NCBI RefSeq assembly: GCF_027921745.1
Contig: NC_079238.1
Span: 1,860,001-1,924,000 of the forward strand
Length of the DNA: 64,000 nucleotides
From: Schizosaccharomyces osmophilus
Lineage: Eukaryota
Direction of reading: 5' to 3'
Numbering within the stretch: position 1 is the first letter of the stretch; every line of letters starts with the position of its first letter. Positions 51,234-63,419 of the stretch are shown piece after piece. The notes beneath the pieces were generated by a model. The model worked only from the letters and a program-made list of their open reading frames with translations. It ran no database searches and was not told where the DNA came from. The position numbers and the translations under genes are program-made.

Positions 51234-52443
51234 TTAAATCCACTCAAATTCTCCATTAGCTTTAAAAAATAAGTAATCCTTCCCATTCACGCCGACAATA
51301 CCGTCTCGGAAAACACACTTCCATTTATTTTTGTGGTGATTTACCTTATCGTATAAACAGAGCACTATTGCTTGTCCTACGTCAGATCCCTCGTCTGCTT
51401 CTGGGGCCTCATCTGAATCAGGATCATCAAGATCAGAATTAATGGCTTCATCGGAAGGAGTGCCAGGACTTTCTTTTTTATCTTCCTCATTATCATCAAA
51501 AGTACCATCTATCTGTAGTACCCGATTATTAGCAAGCATTTCCTTGATCCTTTTGTCTGCATCATGGGCCAATTCGTATTTGCCCTTTTTAGATACTGTA
51601 GACTCCGCATCATCCTCTAATATTATACCATCTGCCTGTGGAATGTCTTTCTTTTCAGAACTTTCTGAAGATCGTTGCGGCTGTAGCGATTCAGTCGATT
51701 CATTTTTTACAGAATTTTGATTAGGTAATAAAAGCCCACCAAAAGCGTTATTATTAGATGAATTTGAATCTAGGGGAACCGCCCTGTCAGAAGAAGGGGA
51801 CACAACACTTGAGGATAAATCATTAGGTGGGTTTTCAGGATTTGGATTGGAGGGTAACTGTAAAGAGGTGCTTTTGTTATAAGAGGTAAAGGGAGCGTTC
51901 ATATTATTTGGCATATCAGAAAGTGACGACCCTTCGGCGGAAGTACCCGGTTGAGTTGTTTGATTTAAACCTGAAGAACTAGGAGAAGGGTAAAAAGGAG
52001 AGCCACCATGTTGCTGAGCCAACGAATCCATCTGTTGAACTGCCCGAATGGCGGCTATATTATTCAAAATCGGTGAATTCGTCGCACCAGCTGCAGCTGC
52101 AGCAGCGACGTCCAAGGAATCAGTCCGTAATCCAGTAACAGGATCAAAAAGTTGACCGATAGGAAATGCTCCAACTGGGGCTTGAGCCCATGGAAAAGTA
52201 GCAACATTCGTAGCCACCAGCTTTCCTTGCCATAACTAACATGTTAGCATCCGCTGTTTCCTTGAAATATTCTTACATTTTGCAATTCCTGAAGTGTGGC
52301 TTCATCAACACCATTTTCCTCAAAATCTGTTCTTGAATTCGCAATTACATCAAGAATGACATGCTGATAAACTTCACCCTAAAATTTTGTCAATAAACCG
52401 GTAAAAGTTACTGACATTTACATACCACTATAGAATTAGACAT
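51234..52443 (-). CDS. toa1: TFIIA large subunit; exons 52426-52443, 52277-52378, 51234-52235
   Basis: C-terminal LCLYDKV...KNKWKC...F.KANGEFEW; spliced N-terminus MSNSIVGEVY. Confidence 0.95.
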
Positions 52444-52972
52444 GGTGGTGAAGTCGGATACCTTATTTGTAAAAGGATACTTCGTAGATAATGGTAGTAC
52501 CGCCATCAAAAATAATATATACTACCGAGACCAAACGATGTATCACTATTTGAATTTCTCAATATAGGTACGAAAGTTAACTGAGAAGGTGTGTTTTGTG
52601 AGTTTATGTAAGGTGGTATTGCACTTTTATATATATATCCTATTTTACGTATCCATCATTTCGATCGATTTTCGGTGTAAATCCTGTGTCTGCTCATATA
52701 TATGCAATTATTCCAAGAGATATCTCAGTATTTGAAAGATATATATAAAGTTAGGTGAAGTTTTGAACCAAAACTTATTTTTTTTGTAACATAATCGCCA
52801 AAAGAGTTCATATAGTACATTCACATTTACTAGTGAACTTGATAATAATTTGTAATTTTACTTTGTTTATTTACAAAGTAACATCGTCACTTACTTGCCA
52901 TACCTCACAACTTGATGATGAACGTTTTTACCGCAGCAGCTAACATAAACTTAGATTTATAAGAAATAGCCT

Positions 52973-55150
52973 ATGCTATTATTCATACTATTAATTTATT
53001 TGTCGTGTTCTTTTCAAAAATGTGTGCTTGGTGAACGGTCAAAGTTTTCATACGACCTCATCGATAAGAAAGCTGCTTTAGCAGACTCAACAGGAACTGA
53101 TTTGTCTGGATTTAGAGATGATATTCTCCCACTGTTAGAATTGGTTACAAGTGCCACAGAAATATTTGTTAATGATCCCAAGGGACTTTTGTACGATGCT
53201 AATGCGGGGGATCCAAAATCTCAATTTTTAGTGGGAATGCTGTATACAATGGGTCCTGATGACCATCTAGTCATTCAGCTACCTCAGGATGAAGCATTGT
53301 CAAGGTTATACTTAGAGTTGTCGGCCAAACAAAACTATACCTATGCATTGCTTGCTCTTGGATATCGGTATACCACAGGAATTGGTACTCCCAAACAAGT
53401 AGATAAAGGATTAAGTTACTACCGACAAGTTTCTGAGCAGGTAACCTCTTTAGTCCAGCCCCTAACACATTTTGCTCGAAATATGGCAAAAGATTACCCC
53501 GTTGATGTTTACGATCTTAATGGACGACAATCTTCGGACTCTAACATCTTACATATAAGAGATGACATGCTAGAGTTTTTGAAAGATTTTGCGGTGAATG
53601 GAAATAACATTACGGCCCATCTAAATTTAGCTGCTGTGTACCACCGCGGTCAATTAGGCAAAGCAAGGAATCCTGCTTTGGCAATGAAGCACTATCTGTC
53701 TGCCCTTCGTCTTGCTTATCCGGGAATTTCTGAAGTCTCTGAAAAAGCGATATCACAGATATATGAAACGAACAAGAATGGCTTCCCTAAACCTACTATG
53801 AAGAATGTGGGCAGCATCGCTAGTACTGCATTTAATATCGGATGTATGGAATTACATGGCGATATTGGAAAACGTAACCCAACCGCTGCCTTTAATTGGT
53901 TTGAGTTCGGAAAATCTTTAAACCATACTTCTTCTCGATCAGCGCTTGCATACCTGTATTATATGAACTATCAAGTCCCGATAGATGAAACACAAGCAAA
54001 GCAGCTGCTAAATGAAGCTTTATCTCAAAATGATCCTATTGCCTGCACAATTAAAGGAAAACTTGCTATATCTGAAAACAAAACCGAGGAAGCACTTAGC
54101 TATTTTCAAATTGCATTTGAAGGATCCCATTTAGAAGCAGCTTTATATCTTGCTTACATTTACTCGGATATTAACCAAGAAAAAGCGATCTTACTTCACG
54201 AACATTTTATTAGTCGAACTTTGCAGATGTACTTTGATTTTCGGGCTTTGTCTATGGATACAAAAGTGAAATATTTTTTTACACGGCTTTCTGCTGAGCT
54301 GGGAAACCTAATGTCACAAGTATTGGCAGGAAAAAATGCTGATCCTTCCAAATCATTTCTGAAAAATGCTATTGTTCCGTATACCAATACTACTTATCGT
54401 GAGGCGCAAATAGCACTAACCTATTATTCTCGAGCTGCCGTGAGGCATCACCTTGATTCAATGATAAAGGTTGCGGACTTTAATCAATTTGGACTAGGGA
54501 CACCTAAAAATCCTGGTTTGGCTTTTGCTTTATATACTCAGGCTGGTACAATCGGTCATTCTTCGTTAGCCTATTGGCGCCTGGGCGAGATGCATGAATA
54601 CGGAAATGGCGTCCCAGTAGATTTTGAAATGGCCAAAAAGAATTACGACATTTCATTGGAACTGAATTATAGAGGTCTACTTGCTATTCTTCTAGCTAGA
54701 TTACGAATGAAGTTAAGCCATCCTGATACTAAGTTTTCCGTGATATATTATGCTACACGGTCGATCGTCGTGGGTGTCTTAAAGAGTAGTCAAAAGCTTA
54801 TTTTGTTTTTCAATTCAATTTTTTCACGAAAGGAAAGGAATAGTGATTTACTAGATACCTCATTTCTTCAGAGCGTCCCCTCGAAATCAGACGGCTCAGA
54901 ACCTATGAATCCGGAAATCCCATCAGCGACACCTTCGAGTGGGATTGCCTCGGAAAGTATAGCGGTTGATATGGACTCTTTGGATAGAAAATTTGTTGAG
55001 ACTTTGTCTGTAACATTGCTCGTGGTTATCGTTGGTTATGTTTTAATGAAACGACATCAGCAATCGAGGAGGAGTCAAGTGCACTTTGGTAACCAAATTC
55101 AAAGTGAGCATGTTAATCAGTCTTCTTCGGATGATGCTGTCAATGGTTGA
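52973..55150 (+). CDS. hrd3: Sel1-repeat ERAD protein (Hrd1 ligase complex)
   Basis: Signal peptide, Sel1-like repeats (LGEMHEYGNGVPVDFEMAK), C-terminal TM; synteny. Confidence 0.88.
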   Translation: MLLFILLIYLSCSFQKCVLGERSKFSYDLIDKKAALADSTGTDLSGFRDDILPLLELVTSATEIFVNDPKGLLYDANAGDPKSQFLVGMLYTMGPDDHLVIQLPQDEALSRLYLELSAKQNYTYALLALGYRYTTGIGTPKQVDKGLSYYRQVSEQVTSLVQPLTHFARNMAKDYPVDVYDLNGRQSSDSNILHIRDDMLEFLKDFAVNGNNITAHLNLAAVYHRGQLGKARNPALAMKHYLSALRLAYPGISEVSEKAISQIYETNKNGFPKPTMKNVGSIASTAFNIGCMELHGDIGKRNPTAAFNWFEFGKSLNHTSSRSALAYLYYMNYQVPIDETQAKQLLNEALSQNDPIACTIKGKLAISENKTEEALSYFQIAFEGSHLEAALYLAYIYSDINQEKAILLHEHFISRTLQMYFDFRALSMDTKVKYFFTRLSAELGNLMSQVLAGKNADPSKSFLKNAIVPYTNTTYREAQIALTYYSRAAVRHHLDSMIKVADFNQFGLGTPKNPGLAFALYTQAGTIGHSSLAYWRLGEMHEYGNGVPVDFEMAKKNYDISLELNYRGLLAILLARLRMKLSHPDTKFSVIYYATRSIVVGVLKSSQKLILFFNSIFSRKERNSDLLDTSFLQSVPSKSDGSEPMNPEIPSATPSSGIASESIAVDMDSLDRKFVETLSVTLLVVIVGYVLMKRHQQSRRSQVHFGNQIQSEHVNQSSSDDAVNG

Positions 55151-55495
55151 AATAACGTACTATTTGTATATTGGATTTCTTTTCGTTTGTTCCTGTTGTT
55201 TTCGTTTTTAATACATATACGATGAATATACTTTACATGATTTTAGTTTTAGAAGTTTCTTATAAAACTATTTTGGATACAAACCATCACTCGTTATACA
55301 GACATTTATTCAACATAATTTATTAATATTTAGAATAAATAATATTCATAGAACAGAAGGAAATATACGTGTACGAGATGATTCTATGTACTTGCATTAG
55401 ATGCTAATTGGGTATCTAACGTATTAGAATAAACATAACAGACAATCATGAAGATCATAAAATTTTATATGCAGGAAGTACCGTTTGCACATCAT

Positions 55496-56377
55496 TTAAT
55501 TCTTCCAATCTTCGAACTCTTCATCATAGGCAATTAAATCAAGAGGCACACCAAATTGATGTAGAAACATCCCCATTGTAAACTCTGTTCGTGTTTCTTC
55601 TACCTCTCCTCGATCCTCACCTTCTTGGATCGTATATTTTTGCATGACTCCGCCAGCTAAACGGATGCGCTCTGCCATAGGCTGATACAGAACCTGTGCT
55701 GCTCTTTGGGCAACGCCCCTCCATTTGTATACCAAAGCTTCCAAATCTTTATCTTCATTTTTAGATTCCACTTTTTTTGCGGTTTCAGCAGTTGTCAACT
55801 GTTCCTGAAGGTTGCGTACATCCTTTTCGAGTACTAGACGCTCCGATAGAAGACGAGCAACTTCAGGATCACTTTGAACTTTACCACCAGATGATATTGG
55901 GGAGCGGAAAACCTTTTTAGCCCTTTTAATTACTCTTGGGGAAGGACGAGAAGGAGATGAAACGGGATCAGATGAAACTTCATCGGATGATTTCAATTCA
56001 TCAGACGCATGATTAGTAACTCTGGAAGTTACGGGGGTTGTTTTCGGAGTAGCTGGATATTTAAGAGGACTCTTAAAAGGTTTTGATAGGACGGATTTTG
56101 CTTCCCTAGCACGCTTTCTTGGGTTAGGTGGGTTTAATGTAGCATTTGGAGTATGTTTCTCTATGTTTGAAAACGATGGTAAATCAGAATTATCCTGTGA
56201 GGCATTTGGCGTAGTCGGCTTAAGTTTAGAATTATCTCGTGAGGGTGTAGGAGGAAGTTCAGTTTTGGAATTCTGGGCCTCTGCTGAATGTGTACTATTA
56301 TTCTCGGTCATTGCTGGACCTGACGGATTAAAATCAGTCTCATTTCCTAAATCTATATTATTGTCATTGTTTTCCAT
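55496..56377 (-). CDS. sfr1: Swi5-dependent recombination repair protein
   Basis: FKSP repeats; C-terminal Mei5/Sfr1 domain (L..KWR..AQ, FTMGMFLHQFGV). Confidence 0.92.
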   Translation of the reverse strand: MENNDNNIDLGNETDFNPSGPAMTENNSTHSAEAQNSKTELPPTPSRDNSKLKPTTPNASQDNSDLPSFSNIEKHTPNATLNPPNPRKRAREAKSVLSKPFKSPLKYPATPKTTPVTSRVTNHASDELKSSDEVSSDPVSSPSRPSPRVIKRAKKVFRSPISSGGKVQSDPEVARLLSERLVLEKDVRNLQEQLTTAETAKKVESKNEDKDLEALVYKWRGVAQRAAQVLYQPMAERIRLAGGVMQKYTIQEGEDRGEVEETRTEFTMGMFLHQFGVPLDLIAYDEEFEDWKN

Positions 56378-57029
56378 TGTTATATGTATAAATAATGATC
56401 CTTGGTCCCTCGTATATAGCTCTAAATATGCCGGTGACGCGTCGTTACACGAAATTCTTTGGTAGCAAAGTAGGACTAACTACACGGAAAGTAACTTAAA
56501 TTTTGAATAATTTTAAAACTAACGCGTTTCCTGCTGGAAAGTTTGTTAGTAAACTATGGTCTGCAAATATGTTGGAAGAGGGATACTTATAATTACCTCG
56601 AAATCCAAGCAGATACCAAACGTTGCGGTCAGAGTTCCATGATAAATCTGTACAAGAAGAATTCTTTTTCTATAATCTTGTAAATCAATTGATGTTAGAT
56701 TTGGGTTTCCATATGATATGTTAAGATTTTCTTATAACAATAATTTCATGACAAGCTTTTGAATATATGAGATGATTCATTAAACTTAAGGAATTTAGAG
56801 CGTAATAAAAAAAGGCAATTCACTATAACTTAAAAACCACAAACACGATCGCGTTCTGTCTCCGATGACACGAACCATCTACCTTGAAACCACCTTTACG
56901 GACATTTCATTCTCTTTACGTATTACCTGCTAGTGGCTCGTTTATAATTTCTAGGTTTATTAATACTAGGGAATATCAAATGAAGCTTAAGCTCGATTGA
57001 AAGTTTTCTCAGTAACTCAACAAAGTCCA

Positions 57030-57851
57030 ATGTCTATTGAATTCGAATGGTCTAAGCTTGATTCAGAGTTAGAAGTAAGGCTTTTTCATATATTAGAAGA
57101 TCGAGTTTCAAAGCTAGATCTGCCAAGCTATATCAAAAACCTCAAGGTTACTGGATTTCATTTCGGAGACATACCACCTGAAATAAACATTCAGGATATA
57201 GGAGATCCGGATCCACAATTCTACGAAGATGAAATTTTGGATCAGGTAAATGATGAATTAGAAGGTGATACATCTTTGAGAACAACTTTTTCAACATCGA
57301 CTTCTGATTTACCTCCGTACGGGGCCGAGTACAGGTTTCCAAGGCTCGCATATTTTCATCCAGCGATTAGCACACCTGGGATTATATCAGCAAGTGGACT
57401 TACAAGTCCCCTTAGGGAGGAACGTCCTACGCCAACTTCAAAAAGCCGCGAAGAACGAAACCGTTCAGACGACTTTCAAGTAACAGTCCATGCTCGATAT
57501 GATGGAAATGCTAGTTTGAGTTTGGAGGCAAGTATATCTATTAATTACCCTAATTCCGAATTTGTCAGTCTCCCGTTTCAACTAGTATTCAAAGAAATAT
57601 CCATTGACGCAATCGCGGTGTTAGCGAAAATGGGTTCTCGTACCAATCTTTGCTTCGTCGACACTTTGGCTCACGGCACAGAAGAAAATGCTTCTAGTGT
57701 AATTAAAAATCTCAAAATTGAAAGTGTTATTGGAGAATCGAATCGACAGCTTTTAAAAAACGTTGCCAAGGTGGAGCGTTATGTTTCACAGAAAGTAAAA
57801 AGAATTATTGAAGACGAATTAGTCTGGCCCAGTTATCTTACTTTTGAATAG
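57030..57851 (+). CDS. mdm12: ERMES subunit Mdm12 (SMP domain)
   Basis: Start MSIEFEWSKL, LPSYI, KNVAKVE, DELVWPS; ATG at 57030. Confidence 0.94.
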   Translation: MSIEFEWSKLDSELEVRLFHILEDRVSKLDLPSYIKNLKVTGFHFGDIPPEINIQDIGDPDPQFYEDEILDQVNDELEGDTSLRTTFSTSTSDLPPYGAEYRFPRLAYFHPAISTPGIISASGLTSPLREERPTPTSKSREERNRSDDFQVTVHARYDGNASLSLEASISINYPNSEFVSLPFQLVFKEISIDAIAVLAKMGSRTNLCFVDTLAHGTEENASSVIKNLKIESVIGESNRQLLKNVAKVERYVSQKVKRIIEDELVWPSYLTFE

Positions 57852-57972
57852 AAATACTATTTTTAAATGAATTGTATGTGTTTATTTTTTTTTCTTTACC
57901 ATCTCAATCGAAATATGTAATACCTCGTATACAGATAGTTTTGCGTCAAGGTCGCAAGATCCAGCGTTTGCT

Positions 57973-58797
57973 ATGAACTTGAGCAAAGATGCATTCGATG
58001 GCCATAGCCAACTTGGTTTTGGGGTCTATTTACTAAAGGATTGTTATAAACAAGTATATACAGCATTGTCATTGGGCATACGATTGATTGACAGTGCAAT
58101 AAGTTATCGTAACGAACGAGAATGTGAACGTGCAATTCAAGATTTTTGTAGGAACAGCCTAGACGTAAAACGAGATGAAATTATATTAGTCACAAAGATT
58201 CCTGACTCCATGCAAGGGTTTGAAAGAACTTGGAAGGCGATTCTTCAATCTTTACGGCGTGTGGACCGGCCTTTTTTGGATATGGTTTTAATACATTCTC
58301 CCAAATGGCCTGAGCGACGTCTGGAATCTTGGCGAGCGCTAGTTGAATTGAAGAAAGAAGGAATTGTTCGAGAAATTGGTGTTTCCAACTATAACGTTCA
58401 CCATTTGGAAGAAATAGTTGCTTCCAAACTTCCTCTCCCAGCGGTAAATCAAATTGAGTTATCGGCGTTCAATAGCAGAATAGAAATACAAGAATACTGT
58501 TCGAATCATGGAATTTCTCTTATGGCATTTTCGCCTCTTACTATCGGGCAACGCCTTGACGATGTTCGTCTCTTGGATTTGGCAGCCAAATATAAGAGGA
58601 CACCATCGCAGATTCTTCTGCGCTACTGCTTGGAACGGAATATATCACCAATCTTTAAAAGTGAAAAATTAGACCGTATTCACGAAAATGCTGGTTGCAT
58701 GGACTTCCAAATGAATTCCCAAGACTTAGCATGGATGACTACCTGGGATGAGGAATTTGTTAGCAAACCCTCATGGAATCCAATTATTCTTCCTTAA
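57973..58797 (+). CDS. Aldo-keto reductase family protein
   Basis: LGFGVY, IDSAISYRNE, LIHSP, IGVSNY, NQIE motifs. Confidence 0.93.
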   Translation: MNLSKDAFDGHSQLGFGVYLLKDCYKQVYTALSLGIRLIDSAISYRNERECERAIQDFCRNSLDVKRDEIILVTKIPDSMQGFERTWKAILQSLRRVDRPFLDMVLIHSPKWPERRLESWRALVELKKEGIVREIGVSNYNVHHLEEIVASKLPLPAVNQIELSAFNSRIEIQEYCSNHGISLMAFSPLTIGQRLDDVRLLDLAAKYKRTPSQILLRYCLERNISPIFKSEKLDRIHENAGCMDFQMNSQDLAWMTTWDEEFVSKPSWNPIILP

Positions 58798-58952
58798 AAT
58801 AATGTATTTTTTAATTGATTATCTAATATATATACAAAAAGACTCTTTTCATTCATGTTTCAGCTCTTGGCTGAAACGCTTCTTCAAGCCTAAACACCTT
58901 GTAAAAGCCATTAAATTTTCTTACCGATTAAAAACCGGGTTTTCTTGATAAA

Positions 58953-59568
58953 ATGGAATTGCATCCATATTTAGATGCACTTCCTTGTATGTTGAGCTAT
59001 TTAATGATTGTTTTTTCTAATGTTTAATTTAGATTATGAAAAATGGTACCAAGAAGAGGATCGTGCAGTAGCAACGCAGCTTGTAGAAGCTGAAGTAGTA
59101 AGGTCCGGTGGAAGAAAGCCTCCTAAGCCTTCTCTGGATGATTTTACTACACCCTTCAAAATTTCTGAGCGAATGCAAAATGCTGTTGAAGCAGCCGGCA
59201 GAGGAGAGAAACTACAATCCATTGATATAAACCGTTACATCAACTTACAAGCTCCAGGGAATCCTGGAAGCCTAATACAATCAGCAGTAGCTTTGGAATA
59301 CCTGAGATCGCGGGAAGACAATTTGGAGTTGCTGAGAAAACATGGCGAAAGTGCCTGGAAGAATCACATTAATGCATTGAAAGAGACATTGCAGTACATG
59401 GAACGTGAGATTCAGACTACCAGAAAGAAATCTCAAGTATGCAACCGAAAACGAAAGCATTACCAATTGGAGATTGGAGAAAGACTTGCAGATCAAGAAA
59501 CTCAATTTGGCAACTTATTGTTGAACTCAATCCAGTGTTGCGTTGCTACGGCTTTGACAAGTCGGTAG
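58953..59568 (+). CDS. cwf7: Prp19 complex subunit (SPF27/BCAS2); one intron ~58987-59032
   Basis: MELHPYLDALPY rebuilt across GTATGT..TAG intron; NLELL.KHG..AW, NRKRK.YQ. Confidence 0.9.
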
Positions 59569-59927
59569 ATAATTATTCCCTTTAGAAAAAGACCGCGTTT
59601 GAAATTTAAACACGATATTTAAATATTGAAAGGCATGATTTTCTGATAGAACATGAGGAATCATTCCCTACCTCACCTTGCTTACCCTACTACAACACGC
59701 ACACTTTAATATGCTTATGAATAATTAAATTGGATTTCGTTTGGAGAATGGTTTTACGAGATAGTTTGGTATACATTTTAGCAAAAGTTCATACAACGCT
59801 ACTTTATGCTCGTACTCACGAGTGGGTGACTTACGACCAGCTACAAAAAGGAATTTTAAGCATCTGCTTAGCAAAAACATTTATTATTTACTTTTCGCTC
59901 ATAATCATCATATAAACAGAAAGGAAA

Positions 59928-60416
59928 TTAGACAGTACCGCACTTGTCAATGACAATACGAGCACGGGTAGCACCAGAGTTGGAGCCCAAGCTTTCAACC
60001 TTCTTAACGACATCCATACCGCTGGTGACTTCACCGAAAACGACGTGTCTACCGTCCAACCAGGGAGTGACGACGGTGGTGATGAAAAATTGGGATCCGT
60101 TGGTGTTGGGACCAGCGTTAGCCATGGATAACAAACCGGGCTTGGTGTGCTTCAAAGAGAAATTCTCATCAGGGAACTTTTCGCCGTAGATGGACTTACC
60201 ACCGGTACCGTTACCGCGAGTGAAGTCACCACCTTGAAGCATGAATTGGGGGATAACACGGTGGAAAGTGGATCCAGAGTAGCCAAAGCCCTTTTCGCCA
60301 GTGCAAAGGGTACGGAAGTTGGCGGCGGTCTTGGGGACAACGTCGTCGAACAACTTGAAGACAACACGTCCTAAGGGTTGGCCGTTGGCAATAATGTCAA
60401 AGAAAACGTTAGACAT
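59928..60416 (-). CDS. ppi1: Cyclophilin A-type peptidyl-prolyl isomerase
   Basis: [32 protein letters not shown]. Confidence 0.97.
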   Translation of the reverse strand: MSNVFFDIIANGQPLGRVVFKLFDDVVPKTAANFRTLCTGEKGFGYSGSTFHRVIPQFMLQGGDFTRGNGTGGKSIYGEKFPDENFSLKHTKPGLLSMANAGPNTNGSQFFITTVVTPWLDGRHVVFGEVTSGMDVVKKVESLGSNSGATRARIVIDKCGTV

Positions 60417-61440
60417 TTTGATTTTCAGTGTATGGTTAAGGACAAGTTCGCACCATACAGGAATTTATAGGTAACCCCAAATATGTAACCAGAAAAAATT
60501 ATACATCGATTTTGTTTTATTTAAAAATATTAGCGTCTTGATGTTTTTATATACAGCATGTAGCCACTTTAGCCGTTATTTTTAAAACGAATGCGCCAAA
60601 TTCCATAGAAATCTTTATGAATCAACAGATGCCAAGCCAAAACAGCGTACGTTCCCTTTCATCACTTCAAATAGTGAATCATAAAATACTCGCTATTTGA
60701 AATATTGCAAGTATCGTTGTTTAGGTTGGTTTAAGATATGTAGAAGGGAAAAGGCAATGAAAGACAGGATAAGAAATTCATCAAACAAACATGATTAAGC
60801 TTACATTTCTTTACAACTACATGGCGGTTATGAGTTTGTTCGCTTTGTGTTGTGCATAAAGCATTAAATCTTCGCAAACTTGGAAATTCCTACCTATTAC
60901 GCACACGGTCGATGCAAAACAAAATAAGGAGCAAAAACTAAACAAAAAAGTTATTACAGCTTATAAGAATATTCTATTTTCCAATACATTCATTATAACG
61001 CCGAAGCATAAACTACCAAGAGGTGATTTTGTCATATTTTCTTTTTCAAAGAAACATAACAGAATCACCTTCTTTCGACTTTTTTTTAAGCTATCCAACC
61101 TTTCAATAGCTTTATTTGCAAAAACAAATTTGTCCTCTATCTTCACTAAATGAAACCATCAGTAGGATACCCAACGAAAAAGCCAACCAAACAACATAGA
61201 CAACCAATTAACATCACCACTCCTTATAAAACCATAGAATATTAACAATAAAACAAAAAACCCATCAAAACGAATGAACCTATTCTTTTTTCTTTCGCCT
61301 CTTTCATGCAAAAGGGAAGAGAAAAAAGATAAATAAAACACCAGGTAAATAAGCTCATTCTAAAACACTGCAACATCCAAATCTTTTTTATTTTTAGATA
61401 AATATATCAAAACTTAAAAAAGCTGAAGCTTAAAAAATGT

Positions 61441-62349
61441 TTAAGCCGAAGCTGTAGCAGTATCGTTTTCTTGAGAGTCTCGCATAGCCTCTGTTTCACG
61501 ACGAAGGGCGGAAAAGTCCCAGTTCTCCTCATTTTCAATATCAATAACATCCTTCACCTTACCACCGTTACGTTCAAAGAATTCACGGCCAGTAATGGTA
61601 CCTCTACCGGTGGGACGGCTCTTGCGACGCTCTTCGGATTCTTTGTTCAATCGCTCTTGGCGTTTGTCACACCACTGTTTGAAGTTTTCTTCGGTGACGC
61701 GAGTCAGGTTTTGACCTAAGCGATAACGCTCGATCTCAATGAAGGCTTCCAAGCTGATTTCTTCTTTGTCACTGTCGACCTTCTTCTTGTCACGGGCTAA
61801 AACGTAGCCATAAGGCAAAGAATGCTTGTAGATACAAGCCATGTTACCGTTAGGACACTGCCAAAGCCAACCATATTTGCCTTGTTCGCAAGCTTCCAAA
61901 AAGAATTTGCAAACAATGTCGGTATTCGTCCAAGGACGCTTTTCGGGAGGCAAATCGGTTTGATGATCACGCACATCAGTGTAATAGTCGATCTTTTGAG
62001 ACTCCTTGACTTCTTCTTTGCGGGTAATAAATTGCTGGTTATTGTGCTTGCTGGGTAGAGCGTTAAACAAGGCAGCAACTTCGGCCTTTGCTTGTTCGGA
62101 AGCTTTCTTTTCTTCTTCACGACGCTTACGCATGACCTCTTGATGCTTAGCCTCTTTACTGTTGGTGCTACCTGCATTTTGTTCGATTTGCTTGATTTTC
62201 GATTGCACTTTGGTGGATTTGTTTTTGTTTTTTAAACCAAAAGTGGCATCAGCAGCCTTTCTCATAGGATCTTTTTTTTGCTTAGGCTCTGGGGCCTTGT
62301 TTTTTCCTTGAGGCTTTCCTTTACCTTCTGGTGCTTTTTTAGGTGGCAT
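61441..62349 (-). CDS. mep33: Tma46/ZC3H15-like CCCH zinc finger protein
   Basis: D.TFGLKNKNKS, VCKFFLEA.E.GKYGW.W.CPNG; synteny. Confidence 0.88.
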   Translation of the reverse strand: MPPKKAPEGKGKPQGKNKAPEPKQKKDPMRKAADATFGLKNKNKSTKVQSKIKQIEQNAGSTNSKEAKHQEVMRKRREEEKKASEQAKAEVAALFNALPSKHNNQQFITRKEEVKESQKIDYYTDVRDHQTDLPPEKRPWTNTDIVCKFFLEACEQGKYGWLWQCPNGNMACIYKHSLPYGYVLARDKKKVDSDKEEISLEAFIEIERYRLGQNLTRVTEENFKQWCDKRQERLNKESEERRKSRPTGRGTITGREFFERNGGKVKDVIDIENEENWDFSALRRETEAMRDSQENDTATASA

Positions 62350-63419
62350 CTTTAATAGTTCAAGTTACCTTTTTTAAATATTGAAATGAATATAAAAGCG
62401 CTGTGTGTTCTTTGGAAGGGATGCGAAAAGAGGGTAAGGTGGAAGATAATGGGGAAAGTGGGTAAAGACAGGAAAAAAAAAGTTGCAACTTGCGTATGTC
62501 AATATCACAAAGAAAAGGATGCGTTTAGTACGATTCGAAGTTTAGTGCCACTTAATACTGATTATTGTTTCGTCTCGTTGACTGCTTTAGTGAACAGCAA
62601 AAGTACAGTGAATAAAAATTTTTATTTTCCATGGATTGCATACAGATTCATTATAATTCTTTTTTTGTTTTTATTAAACCATTATTCAATTATTCAACAA
62701 AATCTACATTCATATTTTTTATAGACATCTAATGCTTATATGATACTATAAAAGCATATGCTTATATACATAGGAAACCTTGGAATTTTTTTTTTTTTTT
62801 TTTTTTTTTTTTTGGGATACCTACTGAGGGGATAAGAAGAAAGAGAATTACAAGTATTCTGTGGGAATCCGAGACTTAATTATAATGTGACTCAAGTTCT
62901 TTGATTATCATTTCAATTACTATCAGAAAAAAGACCACATTTACGGGGTGAAAAGAAATCCAACCTTTTATTAGATGGTCTTTGTCACGAAGAATCAATC
63001 GTCAGTTCATAAGAAAGATGAATTAAAGAAAATTTTAAAGGGGATCCAAAGACATATTTATTGAAAACAAATGTAATATTAGACATAAATAAATAAATAA
63101 AAATTGTTAATTCATCAATGGAAATCCAAATCTGAGTGAAAAAAAATCGCTCCAAAGAAACGAACTTGAAATAAGATTCGGTGAAACGAATGCTAAATAA
63201 TCACGACATTGTGACTATTCAATTGCAAAATGACCTAATTAAATTACGACGAATTTCAATGGAAAAGAAGAGTATTAATTTCGGCGGTTAGCTGTTTTGA
63301 GAATTGGTTTCCTTTACCTCCCTCTTTGCAGAAATAAATTTCCTTTTCATTGGAGCATAGCCAGTAAAGATACAAATTGCTTTTTGTTTATACTATTTTG
63401 AAAAGAAATCAGCATTACC

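Noticed and set aside
42832..62177. Short ORFs antisense or alternate-frame to real genes
   Set aside because: Shadow ORFs of rpb1, ngg1, toa1, ppi1, mep33 and others
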